Shown here: piece by piece, positions 49,816-61,266 of the stretch | Position numbering within the stretch: the stretch's first letter is position 1 | How the letters are laid out: each line of letters starts with the position of its first letter | From: an uncultured Candidatus Saccharibacteria bacterium | GTDB lineage: Bacteria; Patescibacteriota; JABMPQ01; JAQVVF01 | Length of the DNA stretch: 64,000 bases | Assembly: GCA_964574655.1 (NCBI GenBank) | Contig: CAZNOH010000001.1 | Coordinates: forward strand, 9,852 to 73,851 | Direction of reading: 5' to 3' | Program-made: the position numbers and the translations under genes | Notes under the pieces: generated by a model | The model's database searches: none | Told to the model about the DNA's origin: nothing | Seen by the model: the letters and a program-made list of their open reading frames with translations, nothing else

Positions 49816-50187
49816 ATGCAGGAGTATTCCGAGAAAGAAAGACAGGATTATGTTGATTGGATGAACATAGAGAAAGAAGCCAGAAAAAATTTAATGGATC
49901 AATTAAATGTAGCAAGAGGGACTTCAGAAGAAAGCGGTCTTTTGGAAAAATTAGGAGAACTTTTCAGACTGGGGTCGTCTGGGTCTGGATATTGTTTGCA
50001 TGAACGAAGTCTTTGTTCTAATTGTATAGCTTGTGATGAGTTGAATCGTCTCTGTTTTTCGCGTTATTGTGAATGTGGAAAATTGGCTATCGGTTTGGTG
50101 AATAATTATGGGGCAAAAGATAATGAATTTTTCTGTGAAGAGCATAGTAAAGATGTAGATAATTTTGAGCCTTACGAGGAAGAATAA
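49816..50187 (+). CDS. Cys-rich hypothetical protein; SD/boxA class
   Basis: C.H....C..C..C and CECG...FCEEH; AGTTCTTTTGACAA 49780-49793, AAGGAGGG. Confidence 0.7.
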   Translation: MQEYSEKERQDYVDWMNIEKEARKNLMDQLNVARGTSEESGLLEKLGELFRLGSSGSGYCLHERSLCSNCIACDELNRLCFSRYCECGKLAIGLVNNYGAKDNEFFCEEHSKDVDNFEPYEEE

Positions 50188-50265
50188 GGAGAATGAAAGA
50201 TCTTTTTTGAAGCATACTTTGAGTGTGCTTTTTTGTTATTAAAAAAAAGACCTAGAATTTGGTCT

Positions 50266-50835
50266 TTAGTCTGAAAGGACAATTTTTTTGTTGGACTGAA
50301 AGTAATCGTAAAGAGAATAAATGATAATTACAGCAACGAGCCATTGGACGTGAATGAAGTAAGGAATAATGTCAAAGACATTATAGATTTTGAAAATGTA
50401 GAAAAACATGATCAAGCAGGCATTCCAGGCTAGAGCATGGCATTTGATTTTACCTGCGATTCTGGCGGAAAGAACGATTCCAGTAATGAGGCTTTTGTAG
50501 CGAATGCACATTACTGCAATTTCTCGGCTAACCATTAGAAATAGAAGCCAAGGGTTTGCTAGTTCAAGTTGGATCAGGCAAAAGTATACGGTGCCGTGCC
50601 AAAATGCATCGCTTAATGGATCAAGAAGTTTGCCGATTTGGCTGACTTCATTATATTTTCTGGCGACATAACCGTCAAGAATGTCTAATATTTCTGAGAC
50701 AACCATAATGAACAAAGCGATAGGTATAGCAATTTTGTTGCTTGGCCAGAAGTAAATGATGAAAAAGAGCGTTAAAGGACAAATGACCATTCTTGATACA
50801 GTAATCTTGTTAGCACGAGTCATTTTCCCAGCCAT
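50266..50835 (-). CDS. CDP-alcohol phosphatidyltransferase (PgsA-like); SD class
   Basis: AN.ITVSR, DILDGYVARKYNEVSQIGKLLDPLSD; GGGAGGT SD. Confidence 0.9.
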   Translation of the reverse strand: MAGKMTRANKITVSRMVICPLTLFFIIYFWPSNKIAIPIALFIMVVSEILDILDGYVARKYNEVSQIGKLLDPLSDAFWHGTVYFCLIQLELANPWLLFLMVSREIAVMCIRYKSLITGIVLSARIAGKIKCHALAWNACLIMFFYIFKIYNVFDIIPYFIHVQWLVAVIIIYSLYDYFQSNKKIVLSD

Positions 50836-51013
50836 TTTGACCTCCCGTCTTTCCGAGTTTGGGGTATAAAACCGTTAAATTAGAATAGCATTTTAGTTTG
50901 GTTTTTACAATAAAATTTGGTATAATAATCTCAAATGCTCACAAATGTGCCACAAATTTCACAAATAATTATTCGTGCTATTTGTGCAGAATTTGTGATA
51001 ATTTGAGATTTTT

Positions 51014-52771
51014 ATGTTAAACGAAAAAATTGCCGATATTTTTGATGAGACAGCTGATATGTATGCAATGGAAAATGTACAATTTAAGCCAAGAGCTTAT
51101 CAAAAAGCAGCTATTTCTTTGCGTTCTTTGAATCGTGATGTAAAAGATATTTATAAAGAAGGCGGTTTAAAAGCATTAAATGAAATTTCTGGTGTTGGCG
51201 AATCTATGGCTTTGAAAATTGAAGAAATAATAAAAACTGGCAAGATCAAAGAATATAAGAAGATGAAGGAAAAGATGCCAGCCAGGGTAGAAGAGATGAC
51301 AGCTATTGAAGGAGTCGGTCCAAAATTAGTCAAAGAAGTCTATGAAAAATTAGGAGTTAAAACTGTAAAACAATTAGAAGAGGCAGCGGAAAAAGGGAAA
51401 ATCAGCAAGCTCAAAGGCATGGGAGAAAAAACTGAAGAGAACATTTTGTCAGGAATCAAATTTTTGGAAAAAAGCAAAGGCAGGAAATTATTAGGAGATA
51501 TTTTGCCTGAGGCAAATTCCATAAAAGAAAATTTAATTAGATTAACTTCTGATAAAGATATCGAGGTTGTTGGATCAATAAGACGAGGCAAGGAAACAAT
51601 AGGTGATATAGATCTTTTAGCAGTCTCTAAAGATACAAAAAAATTAATTGATGTTTTTTGCGAATTAGAACAAGTTGAAAAAGTTTATGCTAAAGGAAAT
51701 GATAAGGCATTGGTTCGATTAAAAGTTGGAGTTGATTGTGATTTACGAGTTTTTAAAAAAGAAAGTTATGGAGCTGGACTTCTTTATTTTACGGGATCGA
51801 AATTACATAATATAAAATTGCGGGAAATGGCCATGAAAAAGGGCTGGACGTTGAATGAGTATGGGTTGTATGAAGTCAAAAGTCTAAAGTCAAAAGTCAA
51901 AAGTAAGAATCAAAATTCAAAAATAGCTGGTGAAACTGAAAAAGAAATTTATGCTAAGTTTAAAATGGATTATATTGAGCCAGAATTGCGTGAAGACCAT
52001 GGCGAGATTGAGGCTTCATTGAGCCATAAATTACCAAAACTTGTTGAGAGAAAAGATATTCTAGGAGTTTTTCATGTTCATAGCAATTATAGTTTGGATG
52101 CTGTTGGCAGTATTTCTGATCTAGTGAAAAAGGCAAAAAAGATGGGGTTAAAATATTTAGTAATGGGCGATCATGTTGGAAGTTTAAAAATTGCAGCGAA
52201 GATGGAAGATAAAGATATCTTGGAATATATAAAATATATTGAAAATTTAAATAAAAAATTATCTGGTTTTAGAATTTTGTCTGGAGTGGAGGCAAATATT
52301 TTGAGAGATGGAACTATTGATGTCTCTGACAAAATTTTAGCAAAGCTTGATGTGGTTGTAGCTGGCATTCATTCTGTTTTTAAAATGCCAAAAAAAGAAA
52401 TGACAGAAAGAATGATTAAAGCAATGGAAAATAAAAATGTTGATATTATTTCTCATCCGACTGGAAGATTATTGACTAGACGAGATGAATATAATTTAGA
52501 TATTGAAGAAATCTTGAAAGCTGCAAAAAGGACAAGAACTTGTCTTGAGATTAATGCCTTTCCAGATAGATTAGATTTGAATGATGTGAATATAAAAAGT
52601 GCAATTGATCATGGAGTGAAATTAGCAATCGGACTTGATTCGCATAATATCGATCAGATGGATGTTTTGGATTTTGGAGTAATTACAGCTCGGCGTGGAT
52701 GGGCGGAAAAAGCGGACATTATAAATACTTATAGTTTAGACAAGTTAATGAATTATTTAGGGAATAAATAG
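51014..52771 (+). CDS. polX: DNA polymerase X with PHP domain
   Basis: GSIRRGKETIGDIDLL, YFTGSK.HN, LNEYG, PELRE, HVHSNYS, HPTGR. Confidence 0.93.
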   Translation: MLNEKIADIFDETADMYAMENVQFKPRAYQKAAISLRSLNRDVKDIYKEGGLKALNEISGVGESMALKIEEIIKTGKIKEYKKMKEKMPARVEEMTAIEGVGPKLVKEVYEKLGVKTVKQLEEAAEKGKISKLKGMGEKTEENILSGIKFLEKSKGRKLLGDILPEANSIKENLIRLTSDKDIEVVGSIRRGKETIGDIDLLAVSKDTKKLIDVFCELEQVEKVYAKGNDKALVRLKVGVDCDLRVFKKESYGAGLLYFTGSKLHNIKLREMAMKKGWTLNEYGLYEVKSLKSKVKSKNQNSKIAGETEKEIYAKFKMDYIEPELREDHGEIEASLSHKLPKLVERKDILGVFHVHSNYSLDAVGSISDLVKKAKKMGLKYLVMGDHVGSLKIAAKMEDKDILEYIKYIENLNKKLSGFRILSGVEANILRDGTIDVSDKILAKLDVVVAGIHSVFKMPKKEMTERMIKAMENKNVDIISHPTGRLLTRRDEYNLDIEEILKAAKRTRTCLEINAFPDRLDLNDVNIKSAIDHGVKLAIGLDSHNIDQMDVLDFGVITARRGWAEKADIINTYSLDKLMNYLGNK

Positions 52772-52890
52772 TTTCTTCTGTAAATTTTTTCGCTAATCAT
52801 TTGCGAATATTTGCTAATTGTTTGCTAATAAAATAAATTAAAATTTTCTTTAAAAATAAAAAAACCTAGATTAACTAGGTAAAAGGGCTA

Positions 52891-53181
52891 CTATATTTTT
52901 CCAGAATGAATCCATTTGCGTGAAGGATCTGATGTTGGTTTGGTGAGATTGCGGAGTTGCTTGTGGCAAAGGTAGGTTTGACGGATATACAGAATCATGA
53001 TACCGAAGACTGTACCGGACAAGAAATAGGCAGATGAAATCATTGTTGGTAGATTGTTGGGTGTGTTCAATATGGCAAAACCATAAAAGAAAACGTACGA
53101 GATAACACAGAAGACGATCATTGAGATATTTGTGTAAAGCGTTACTTTTAGTGCTTTCTTTTCGCTCTTTTCGTCCATCAT
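52891..53181 (-). CDS. Small 2-TM protein; SD class
   Basis: Minus strand TTGACA-17bp-TAAGCT, AAAGGAGG before ATG. Confidence 0.7.
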   Translation of the reverse strand: MMDEKSEKKALKVTLYTNISMIVFCVISYVFFYGFAILNTPNNLPTMISSAYFLSGTVFGIMILYIRQTYLCHKQLRNLTKPTSDPSRKWIHSGKI

Positions 53182-53339
53182 TGTCCTCCTTTCCTCTTGT
53201 CTATGGTCTTTTCAAGCTTATTTAAGCTTAGCATATATTTATAATCTTGTCAATTGCAAAACAAAAACAGCTTCACACTAATAAATTTTCGAATAACACT
53301 AGTAAGTTTTTAAATACATTTTTGAAACAAAAATAATTT

Positions 53340-54281
53340 ATGCAAGATTTGGAAAAAGCTGTATTATCGGCTGTTTCTTATTATGATATTTTTGAATACC
53401 CACTGACAAGTTGGGAGATTTTTAAGTGGGGATATTGTCGAGTTAAAAGTCCAAAGTCTAAAGTCAAAAATAATTTGAATAGTATAAATGTTGTTTTGAA
53501 TAATTCTGAAATTTTGAAAAAAAATTTAATGCATAAAAATGGATTCTATTTTTTGAAAGGTAGAGAAGACATTGTTGAAATTAGAAGACAAAGATATTTG
53601 TTGGCGCAAAAGAGATGGAAAAAGTTGCAAAGAATTACGACTATTTTGCAAGTTGTGCCTTTTATAAAAATGATTGCTGGATGTAATAATTTATTAATTA
53701 ATAATATCAAGCCTGATTCAGATATTGATGTTTTTATAGTGGTTAAGGCTGGTCGAATGTGGATAACGAGATTTTTGGTGACTAGTTTAGTAAGCCTATT
53801 AGGGCAATGGAGACATAAAGACAGGATTTCTGGTAAATTATGTTTATCATTTTTTGTAACTGATGATAATTTAAATTTAGAGAAAATCTCTAAAAAACCT
53901 TACGATATCTATCTAAATAATTGGATTTTATTAGCAGCGCCTTTATTGGATAGAGGAATTTACTCTAAATTTATGTTAGATAATATTTGGGCAAAAAATT
54001 CTGTGCCAAATGCTTTGGAATATCTGCCAGTTGGTTATGAGAGGAAAATTAAGAAAATATTATTTTTAGATAAAATGAGAGAATTTAGCGAGAAAATTTT
54101 GGCAGGTAAAGTTGGCAATGGTTTGGAAAATATTTTTCGAAAAATTCAAATTAAAAAAATGAGAGGAAAAGGATTAGATGTTATTATTTCTGATAAAATG
54201 TTGAAGTTTCATGAAGTCGATAGACGGGATCAGTTTCGAGAAGAATTCGAGGTTAATTTGAATAAGGCGATGGGAAATTGA
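53340..54281 (+). CDS. Conserved hypothetical protein with nucleotidyltransferase-like motif
   Basis: YYDIFEYPLT, PF...DSDIDVFIV...R.W..R, K.CLSFF, LKFHE.D.R. Confidence 0.6.
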   Translation: MQDLEKAVLSAVSYYDIFEYPLTSWEIFKWGYCRVKSPKSKVKNNLNSINVVLNNSEILKKNLMHKNGFYFLKGREDIVEIRRQRYLLAQKRWKKLQRITTILQVVPFIKMIAGCNNLLINNIKPDSDIDVFIVVKAGRMWITRFLVTSLVSLLGQWRHKDRISGKLCLSFFVTDDNLNLEKISKKPYDIYLNNWILLAAPLLDRGIYSKFMLDNIWAKNSVPNALEYLPVGYERKIKKILFLDKMREFSEKILAGKVGNGLENIFRKIQIKKMRGKGLDVIISDKMLKFHEVDRRDQFREEFEVNLNKAMGN

Positions 54282-54304
54282 GATATTAAATATTTAATAT
54301 TATT

Positions 54305-54793
54305 ATGAAAATAACACTAAGATATCAAGAAATGTCTGATGCTAAGAGATTTTGTGAAATTTTAAATAATCCAAATTTTATTTATTTTAATGCAAAGCCG
54401 TCAATGAAGGAAGAGATCGAGTGGTTGAAGGCAGTTCTTGAAAAAGCAAAAAATAATTACGAGCATAATTATACGATTCTTTGTGATGAAGAGATAGTTG
54501 GTGGTATTGGAATAAAAATAAATCAACATTGTAAATTTGTTGGCGAAATTGGTTATTTTTTAGATGAGAAATATTGGGGCAAAGGGATAACTTGCGAAGC
54601 TGTAAAATTAGCTGAAGAAATTGCTTTCAAAAAGTTGGATTTAAGGCGGATAGAAATTTTGACAGACGTAAAAAATGAACAAAGCCAAAGAGTAGCAAAA
54701 AAGTGTGGTTACGAAAAAGAAGGAATTCTAAAAAAAAGAATTATGAATCAGAAAAAATACGTTGATGCAATTTTATTTTCAAAAGTTAAATAA
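54305..54793 (+). CDS. GNAT acetyltransferase (RimJ/RimL family)
   Basis: EIGYFL...YWGKGI, N..SQRVAKKCGY.KEG. Confidence 0.88.
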   Translation: MKITLRYQEMSDAKRFCEILNNPNFIYFNAKPSMKEEIEWLKAVLEKAKNNYEHNYTILCDEEIVGGIGIKINQHCKFVGEIGYFLDEKYWGKGITCEAVKLAEEIAFKKLDLRRIEILTDVKNEQSQRVAKKCGYEKEGILKKRIMNQKKYVDAILFSKVK

Positions 54794-54805
54794 TAAAAAT
54801 AAAAT

Positions 54806-56251
54806 ATGAGAAAAATAATTGGTGGTTTTATTTTAGCTGTTGGATTATTTTTGGGAGGTTTTTGTTTTGCTGCAAATTTAGGAGATACCTGGACCAAAAC
54901 AGGAAATTTAGATGGAGCAACTACAGTTTATTGTTTAGCACAAGGTCTGGATGGTGCTATTTATGCAGGTACTTATCCAGATGGCGATGTTTATAAATCA
55001 GCTGATGATGGTTTGACGTGGGCGAATACCGGAGATCTTTTAAACGCAACTGGCGTTCATTCTTTGCTGGTTGATTCTTCGGGCGCGATTTATGCTGGAA
55101 CTGCTCCGAATAGCGATTTGTTTAAATCTACTGATAATGGAGCAACTTGGACAAAATTAAAAACATTTGTTGGCGGATCAAATGTTTATAAAATTATTCA
55201 AACGAGCGATGGTTCAATTTTTGCAGCAACAGATCATGACGGGAATATTTATAAATCAGAAGATGCAGGTTTGAATTGGCAGGATACAGGTAATCTTGCA
55301 AACGCAGAAAATGTTTACACAATTATTCAAGCCTCAAGCGAAGTTTTATATGCTGGAACATTTCCAAATGGCAAAGTTTTTAAATCTGTCGATTTAGGAG
55401 CAAATTGGATTGCAACTGGTACATTGACTAATGCATCTTATGTTGATAGTTTGCTAGAAACTGCTGCGGGAGTATTGTATGCAGGAGCGCGCGGAGATAC
55501 TGTTGGCAGAGTTTATAAATCAGTTGATGATGGTAATGCTTGGGGAATAACTGGAAATTTGTCAGATGCTTGGATTGTTGAACATCTGTTGCAATTACCA
55601 TTAGGCTCTGTTTTTACAGCAACGGCAAGCAGTGGAGATATCTTTAAAACTGTTGATTCTGGTCAACTGTGGACTAAAAATGGCGCTTTGAGTGGTGTAT
55701 CTTGGGCATATAATTTGCTTTTTACTTCAAGCAATTCTTTGTTAGCGGCGACTAATAACGGAGTTTTCAGAAGTGTCGGTGATCAGCAAATAGGCAGTGA
55801 TAAAAAAGGGAATCAAGATATTGATAAAAAGAAATTAAAAGACAGCGATAAAAATCAACCAATAATTGGCAAGGATGTAGTAATAATTTTTCAGCAGTTG
55901 CCTACAAATCCAAAAAAATATTATATTAAGGTTAAAAAAGTTAATAAAAATCCAATAAATTTAGCATCAAGCAAGACTTTGCCGTATTACTGGAAATTAA
56001 CAACAAATTTACGTTCAAATTTCAAACTAAAATTAAAATTCAAGTTTAAAAATAATGAAGTAAGATTATTGAAGTATAAACAAACTTTGCAATACAAAAA
56101 GAGCAGATTAAAATTAGTTTTTAGAAAGGGTAAAATTAAAAGTTGGAGCAATATGAATAATGTGGTTTATAAAAAAAATCTTAGAAAATTTGTAGCGACT
56201 TTTACTTATTTTAAAAAAAATAAAAATTATTTTGCAATAACAATGCGTTAA
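54806..56251 (+). CDS. Secreted Asp-box beta-propeller protein with Lys-rich C-terminus
   Basis: Signal peptide; ~7 repeats of IYAGT...G.VYKS.D.G.TW. Confidence 0.8.
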   Translation: MRKIIGGFILAVGLFLGGFCFAANLGDTWTKTGNLDGATTVYCLAQGLDGAIYAGTYPDGDVYKSADDGLTWANTGDLLNATGVHSLLVDSSGAIYAGTAPNSDLFKSTDNGATWTKLKTFVGGSNVYKIIQTSDGSIFAATDHDGNIYKSEDAGLNWQDTGNLANAENVYTIIQASSEVLYAGTFPNGKVFKSVDLGANWIATGTLTNASYVDSLLETAAGVLYAGARGDTVGRVYKSVDDGNAWGITGNLSDAWIVEHLLQLPLGSVFTATASSGDIFKTVDSGQLWTKNGALSGVSWAYNLLFTSSNSLLAATNNGVFRSVGDQQIGSDKKGNQDIDKKKLKDSDKNQPIIGKDVVIIFQQLPTNPKKYYIKVKKVNKNPINLASSKTLPYYWKLTTNLRSNFKLKLKFKFKNNEVRLLKYKQTLQYKKSRLKLVFRKGKIKSWSNMNNVVYKKNLRKFVATFTYFKKNKNYFAITMR

Positions 56252-56334
56252 TCGCGAATTTGCACAAATTCTGACACAAATTGCACAAATAAAAAAAGAC
56301 GAGGTATCTCGTCTTTTTGAATATTATCTAATTT

Positions 56335-56622
56335 TTAAAGCATTTGATCGATTTCGGCTTTGAATTTGTCAATTGTTTTTTTCAAAACTTCGCTGCAATT
56401 TGCAACAATGGATTGCAAATATTCGACTAAGCCTGGTTCATTTTTAGAAATTTTTTCTTGGGCCTCTTGTTTTTTTTCTTCTGGGATTGCCAATGTCAAA
56501 GCGATAATCAGTCTTTTTTCTAAAAGTTCGCCAATTTTTGGCAATAATTTTTCGCGCATTTCTGGAGCAATTTTGTCAGTAATTCCCAAATTTTGCAATA
56601 TATTTTTGGTTTGTTCTAGCAT
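56335..56622 (-). CDS. Small helical hypothetical protein
   Basis: 95-aa ORF followed by bidirectional terminator. Confidence 0.65.
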   Translation of the reverse strand: MLEQTKNILQNLGITDKIAPEMREKLLPKIGELLEKRLIIALTLAIPEEKKQEAQEKISKNEPGLVEYLQSIVANCSEVLKKTIDKFKAEIDQML

Positions 56623-56651
56623 TTTTATTTTAAAATTTAATTAATAATAAA

Positions 56652-57245
56652 TTAACGGCTAGTTCTTCTTAATTTTTCGCTAGCTGGTGTTGTCTTTGCA
56701 AATTTTTCTCGAGGTTTTTGACCTTCTTGTTCGCTTATCATGACAGCTTGGACGTATTTTCTTCTGGCTTCTTTAACGAAATCAGGATTTATTTCGGAGA
56801 CATTGTAAACATTTTCTAGCTCTACCCCATGTTTTTTGCAGAACATCATCATTCTGGAAAGTTGTTCAATAATAGCGCGGCCGATTTCACCAGCTTCAAC
56901 TGTTTCTTCACCTTGTTCTGCTCTTTGTTCAGTCAAACTTTCTAATTCTTGTCCATAACGATAGACTGTATTTTCGTCGCCTTCCTTAAATCTTTCTAAT
57001 ATTTCTGATTCGCTTTGTTTTACGTTTTCAGGACGTTGATAATAGAATTCGGCTTGAGCTTCTTTGCTTGCTAAAACGCCAGCAGCAAGCAATAAGCCAG
57101 CTAAAGCAACTTCTTTGCTTCTTGATAATCCGTCAAAGATTATTTTTCGATCTTGAGATATTTCAGGAGATTCTTGTAGCCTTGATTCAATTTCAGAAGC
57201 TAATGCTTCTTGTCGCATTTCTGGTCCTCTTTCTAAAGCGGTCAT
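56652..57245 (-). CDS. Hypothetical protein with internal hydrophobic/signal-like segment
   Basis: Acidic N-terminus, LAGLLLAAGVLASKEAQA; no SD. Confidence 0.65.
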   Translation of the reverse strand: MTALERGPEMRQEALASEIESRLQESPEISQDRKIIFDGLSRSKEVALAGLLLAAGVLASKEAQAEFYYQRPENVKQSESEILERFKEGDENTVYRYGQELESLTEQRAEQGEETVEAGEIGRAIIEQLSRMMMFCKKHGVELENVYNVSEINPDFVKEARRKYVQAVMISEQEGQKPREKFAKTTPASEKLRRTSR

Positions 57246-57401
57246 ATTTTTGTATTAATTTATTAATCTAGCAATAGGTACAAATAGTTTGTAGCTAGTA
57301 GCTAGTTAATTTAGTATAACATAAATTGTTTGAAATTAAAGTGTATAAGTATTGACTTTTGTTCTTGGAATGACTAAACTAAGGTGATGTGGACAAAATT
57401 C

Positions 57402-57463
57402 TTGACATCATACTTTGAGTGTTATAAGATTGTTATCTAGCACTCATAAGTAGCGAGTGCTAA
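57402..57463 (+). promoter_or_regulatory. sigma70 promoter and CIRCE (HrcA operator) of groESL
   Basis: TTGACA(57402)-17bp-TAAGAT; CTAGCACTC-N9-GAGTGCTAA at 57437-57463. Confidence 0.92.
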
Positions 57464-57511
57464 TAATGAAATTATAAATAACTAAATAACAAAATAACTA
57501 AATTAAAAAAA

Positions 57512-57808
57512 ATGACTAAAATTAAACCATTAGGCGACAATGTGGTTTTAAAACCGATTGTTGAAAAAGAAGAAAATAAATCAGGAATTGTATTGCCTGA
57601 GACAGTGGCAAAAGAAAAAACAGAAATTGCAGAAGTTATTGCAGTTGGGGAAGGAAAATTATTATCAAATGGAAAGCGTTCTGAAATGGGTGTTAAAGCT
57701 GGAGACAGAGTTTTGTACAAAAAATACGGTTTGGATGAAATAAAAATGGATGAAGAAGATTATTTAGTCGGCAGTATTAATGACGTTTTAGCGGTAATTG
57801 GAAAATAA
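57512..57808 (+). CDS. groES: Co-chaperonin GroES
   Basis: IKPLGDNV, SGIVLPET, AVGEG, VKAGDRVLY. Confidence 0.97.
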   Translation: MTKIKPLGDNVVLKPIVEKEENKSGIVLPETVAKEKTEIAEVIAVGEGKLLSNGKRSEMGVKAGDRVLYKKYGLDEIKMDEEDYLVGSINDVLAVIGK

Positions 57809-57885
57809 TATTCTGAAGATATTCGGATATTATGATATTACGGATATTGTAACTAATTAACTAATGAAACTAATAAACTAATTAA

Positions 57886-59607
<1,722 letters not shown>

Positions 59608-59708
59608 TCGCACACTAATGCGACACTAATCTAAACGAATAAAACACTAATTCGAATAAAAAAAAGACGGTGTGAAAATGCCGTCTTTTTGTTTGAGTAT
59701 CAATATTT

Positions 59709-60146
59709 TTATCTATTTTTTTCTTGATAAATTTTTTTTGCTTTATAATTATTTAAAACTAATTCTGTTCCTTGAAATATTTTTTTTGGTAATTTTTTTA
59801 AACTAAACCATTTCCATTCTAAGCATTTGTCTTTTTCCATAACTTTTGGAACTCCGCTTTTATATTCTGCTTGGACGCCGATATTAACACAATGCCTGCC
59901 ATTTGATTTTAAATATCTGAATTCTTCAGCTAATGAAATCATTTTGCATTTTTTCACTTTTAGTCCGGTTTCTTCTTTTGTTTCTCTGATTGCGGTTTGA
60001 AAAAGGGTTTCACTAAATTCTAAGTGTCCGCCAGGAAAGCACCATTCTCCAGCGCCATGAGATCCTTGACGCAAGCCAAGTAGAACTTGTCCTTTTTTGT
60101 TTTTGATCATTACGCCAACTCCGACTAACGGTCTTTTTTTATCCAT
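59709..60146 (-). CDS. NUDIX hydrolase
   Basis: PGGHLEFSETLFQTAIRETKEETGL. Confidence 0.9.
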   Translation of the reverse strand: MDKKRPLVGVGVMIKNKKGQVLLGLRQGSHGAGEWCFPGGHLEFSETLFQTAIRETKEETGLKVKKCKMISLAEEFRYLKSNGRHCVNIGVQAEYKSGVPKVMEKDKCLEWKWFSLKKLPKKIFQGTELVLNNYKAKKIYQEKNR

Positions 60147-60236
60147 AGAATTTATTTAATTTATTAAATTTTAGTATATCAAAATTTTTGTAAATAAAAA
60201 AGCGACAACGTCGTAATTATTTTAAAAATTAAATTA

Positions 60237-61199
60237 CTATTTTTTAACTAAAACGTCTTGTTGCTGGCTTGCCTTTTCATAAACATACCAAAGATAAAGT
60301 CTGATATTAGCTTCGACATTCAGCGGATATTTATTTTGTTCATTATAAGATTGATGAAGACAAAGATAGGTAACTTCTTGTTTTTGTAAATTTAGTTTAT
60401 TAACTTTCTCTAATAATGGCTGACCTGGTTTTTCTTGAATGCTGGCAAGATAATGATTAAGATTACCCATTCCTTCATTGTAGGCGAGCATGGCGAGATC
60501 CCAGCGGCCATATTGGTTGTAGAGTTTTTTCAGATAAATTAATCCAGCGCGAGTATTTTTTGTTGGATCAAGTCGTTCGTCAACTTTTGCGCTAACTTTT
60601 AGGCCTAGTGATTCAGCAGTAGCTTTTTTAATCTGAAATAATCCTGAAGCGCCTTTTATTGAATCATGAGCATCTGGATTGCATCTAGATTCGTGCATGG
60701 CTATGCCTAAGGCAATAGCTATGGGAACTCCCTGTTCTTCTGCTTCTTTTATAATAATTGGAGCAGCGTTTTGGACATGTTCAAATAGCCGATCTAGCTC
60801 TTTGATATTCTGATGATGTGTTTCATAAATTTCTTGTACTTGGATTTGAACGAGTGCTTCAAAATCTTTTTTTGATGCAGGATCTTGATATTCAATTGAT
60901 AATCCTTGTTGTTCAATAAATTCTTTTGGAAAATCAATTGCTTGCTGAAGGATTTCTTCTGGTGTTCCTTGAAATAAGTTTGTTTCTATTTTTTCTGGTG
61001 TTTTTTTAAGATCATCTTTTTTAGGTAAAACTTGGGCAACTGCTTCTTGTTCTTTTGTTAAAAGCCTGGCAGTTGTTCCACCAAGTGCCATTGATAAACC
61101 AAGAAGCCCTAAACCTTTTAGGAATTGTCGTTTGTTTTGATCAACTTGCGGTTCTTCTTCAAGATCTTTTGGACTTGGTCCGTTGATTTCGATTTTCAT
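60237..61199 (-). CDS. Lytic transglycosylase (SLT domain) with Tat-like anchor
   Basis: HESRCNPDA...GASGLFQI, AMLAYNEG; NKRQFLKG followed by hydrophobic stretch. Confidence 0.85.
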   Translation of the reverse strand: MKIEINGPSPKDLEEEPQVDQNKRQFLKGLGLLGLSMALGGTTARLLTKEQEAVAQVLPKKDDLKKTPEKIETNLFQGTPEEILQQAIDFPKEFIEQQGLSIEYQDPASKKDFEALVQIQVQEIYETHHQNIKELDRLFEHVQNAAPIIIKEAEEQGVPIAIALGIAMHESRCNPDAHDSIKGASGLFQIKKATAESLGLKVSAKVDERLDPTKNTRAGLIYLKKLYNQYGRWDLAMLAYNEGMGNLNHYLASIQEKPGQPLLEKVNKLNLQKQEVTYLCLHQSYNEQNKYPLNVEANIRLYLWYVYEKASQQQDVLVKK

Positions 61200-61266
61200 A
61201 AATCGCTGATTTTACGCTGATTTCTGACGCTGATTTGACGCTGATAGAGCGTTAAAGATGCTATTT

